Positions 63,507 through 64,000 of a stretch of DNA of 64,000 nucleotides are shown here, one piece after another. Within the stretch, counting starts at the first letter, position 1. Each line of letters begins with the position of its first letter. The notes beneath the pieces were generated by a model. It ran no database searches. It had not been told where the DNA came from and saw only the letters and a program-made list of their open reading frames with translations. Where the stretch lies: contig JAEUUC010000009.1 of the NCBI GenBank assembly GCA_016787665.1, positions 131,744 to 195,743 of the forward strand, in the 5' to 3' direction. The translations under genes and the position numbers were made by a program. This DNA is from Cyclobacteriaceae bacterium. Lineage in GTDB: Bacteria; Bacteroidota; Bacteroidia; Cytophagales; Cyclobacteriaceae.

Positions 63507-64000
63507 GCCTGAGTACCGATTGATAAATGGAAAGCAATTGATGATAGTTGCTTTGCGGAGAGTAGGACCTCAAATAAACCTGCCGCGCATGCTGATACAT
63601 CGGTTGGTTTTCTTTCAGTCGGCTATCAAACTGCCTGATTTTTTCAGCTAAATCCTTCGCATCTCCGGTTTTGAAATGAAAGCCGGTAGTTCCTTCTTCA
63701 ATTAGTTCTAAAAAGGAGGGCACGTCAGAAATAATCGAGGGCGTGCCCGTAGCTAACGTACCTATCACAGATAATGGCAGCGCCTCATACCAGATTGAGG
63801 GCATGATTACTGCGCGGCACTTTTTGACGATCTCCATTACCTCATCTAATTTGCGTAAACCCAGGTACTCCACATTCGGGTTTTTTTGAACGCATTGCTC
63901 TACCTGCGATCGTAACGGCCCGTCACCGATGATTTTCAATCGGTAGGGGTAGTGATCAAGAGATTGGAGCAGGGTTTCAACCCCTTTCTCAGGACTAAGT
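63496..64000 (-). CDS. GT1/GT4-type glycosyltransferase, C-terminal part (5' end beyond the window)
   Basis: The listed start at 63939 is an internal TTG. My upstream translation continues in frame to the window edge (...LSPEKGVETLLQSLDHYPYRLKIIGDGPLR...). The C-terminal half has the EALPLSVIGTLATGTPSIISD and GFHF motifs of retaining GT-B enzymes. Confidence 0.8.
   Translation of the reverse strand, partial: LSPEKGVETLLQSLDHYPYRLKIIGDGPLRSQVEQCVQKNPNVEYLGLRKLDEVMEIVKKCRAVIMPSIWYEALPLSVIGTLATGTPSIISDVPSFLELIEEGTTGFHFKTGDAKDLAEKIRQFDSRLKENQPMYQHARQVYLRSYSPQSNYHQLLSIYQSVLRHDT

Overview
This 64-kb chromosomal segment reads as a gliding Bacteroidota genome (Cytophagales- or Flavobacteriia-like). 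G+C is about 50% by hand sampling. It is almost fully coding, with about 55 genes. I found no rRNA, tRNA, CRISPR, transposase or integrase. Gene order by region: (1) 1.7-8.6 kb: F-type ATP synthase operon atpBEFHAG, preceded by AtpZ-like small membrane genes, a bactofilin and an M23 peptidase. (2) 8.7-18.3 kb: TPR lipoprotein, PBP1A, uvrC and prolyl oligopeptidase. (3) 19.9-27.4 kb: a SulP transporter divergent from a dabA-dabB inorganic-carbon pump. (4) 27.4-34.7 kb: serS, rho, lepB, a RidA-family gene and gltX. (5) 38.7-44.4 kb: the type IX secretion/gliding core porP-gldK-gldL-gldM-gldN. (6) 44.4-47.5 kb: hemD and hemW. (7) 47.9-51.7 kb: a vWA protein divergent from an ECF sigma / anti-sigma-TonB pair. 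(8) 51.7-55.5 kb: an amino-acid permease and a divergent EF-G paralog. (9) 55.5-58.4 kb, the most accessory-looking stretch: twin terminator hairpins, two arrays of tandem heptamers, a SAM methyltransferase, and an AT-rich two-gene islet encoding an SDH/ClpP-fold serine protease plus a 65-aa protein. (10) 58.4-64 kb: a 3-hydroxybutyryl-CoA dehydrogenase, pheS and a polysaccharide-biosynthesis cluster that runs off the right edge. The best candidates for something new are the AT-rich protease islet, the heptamer arrays, the vWA/sigma/anti-sigma module sharing an 87-aa SusC-type N-terminal domain, the unexplained C-terminal extension of the SulP transporter next to DAB, and the M23-bactofilin pair fused to the atp operon. 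All functional calls come from my own reading of the translated ORFs (motif and family recognition), not from database searches. Many ORF-track starts are non-ATG or too long, so I re-picked starts where the sequence supported it.
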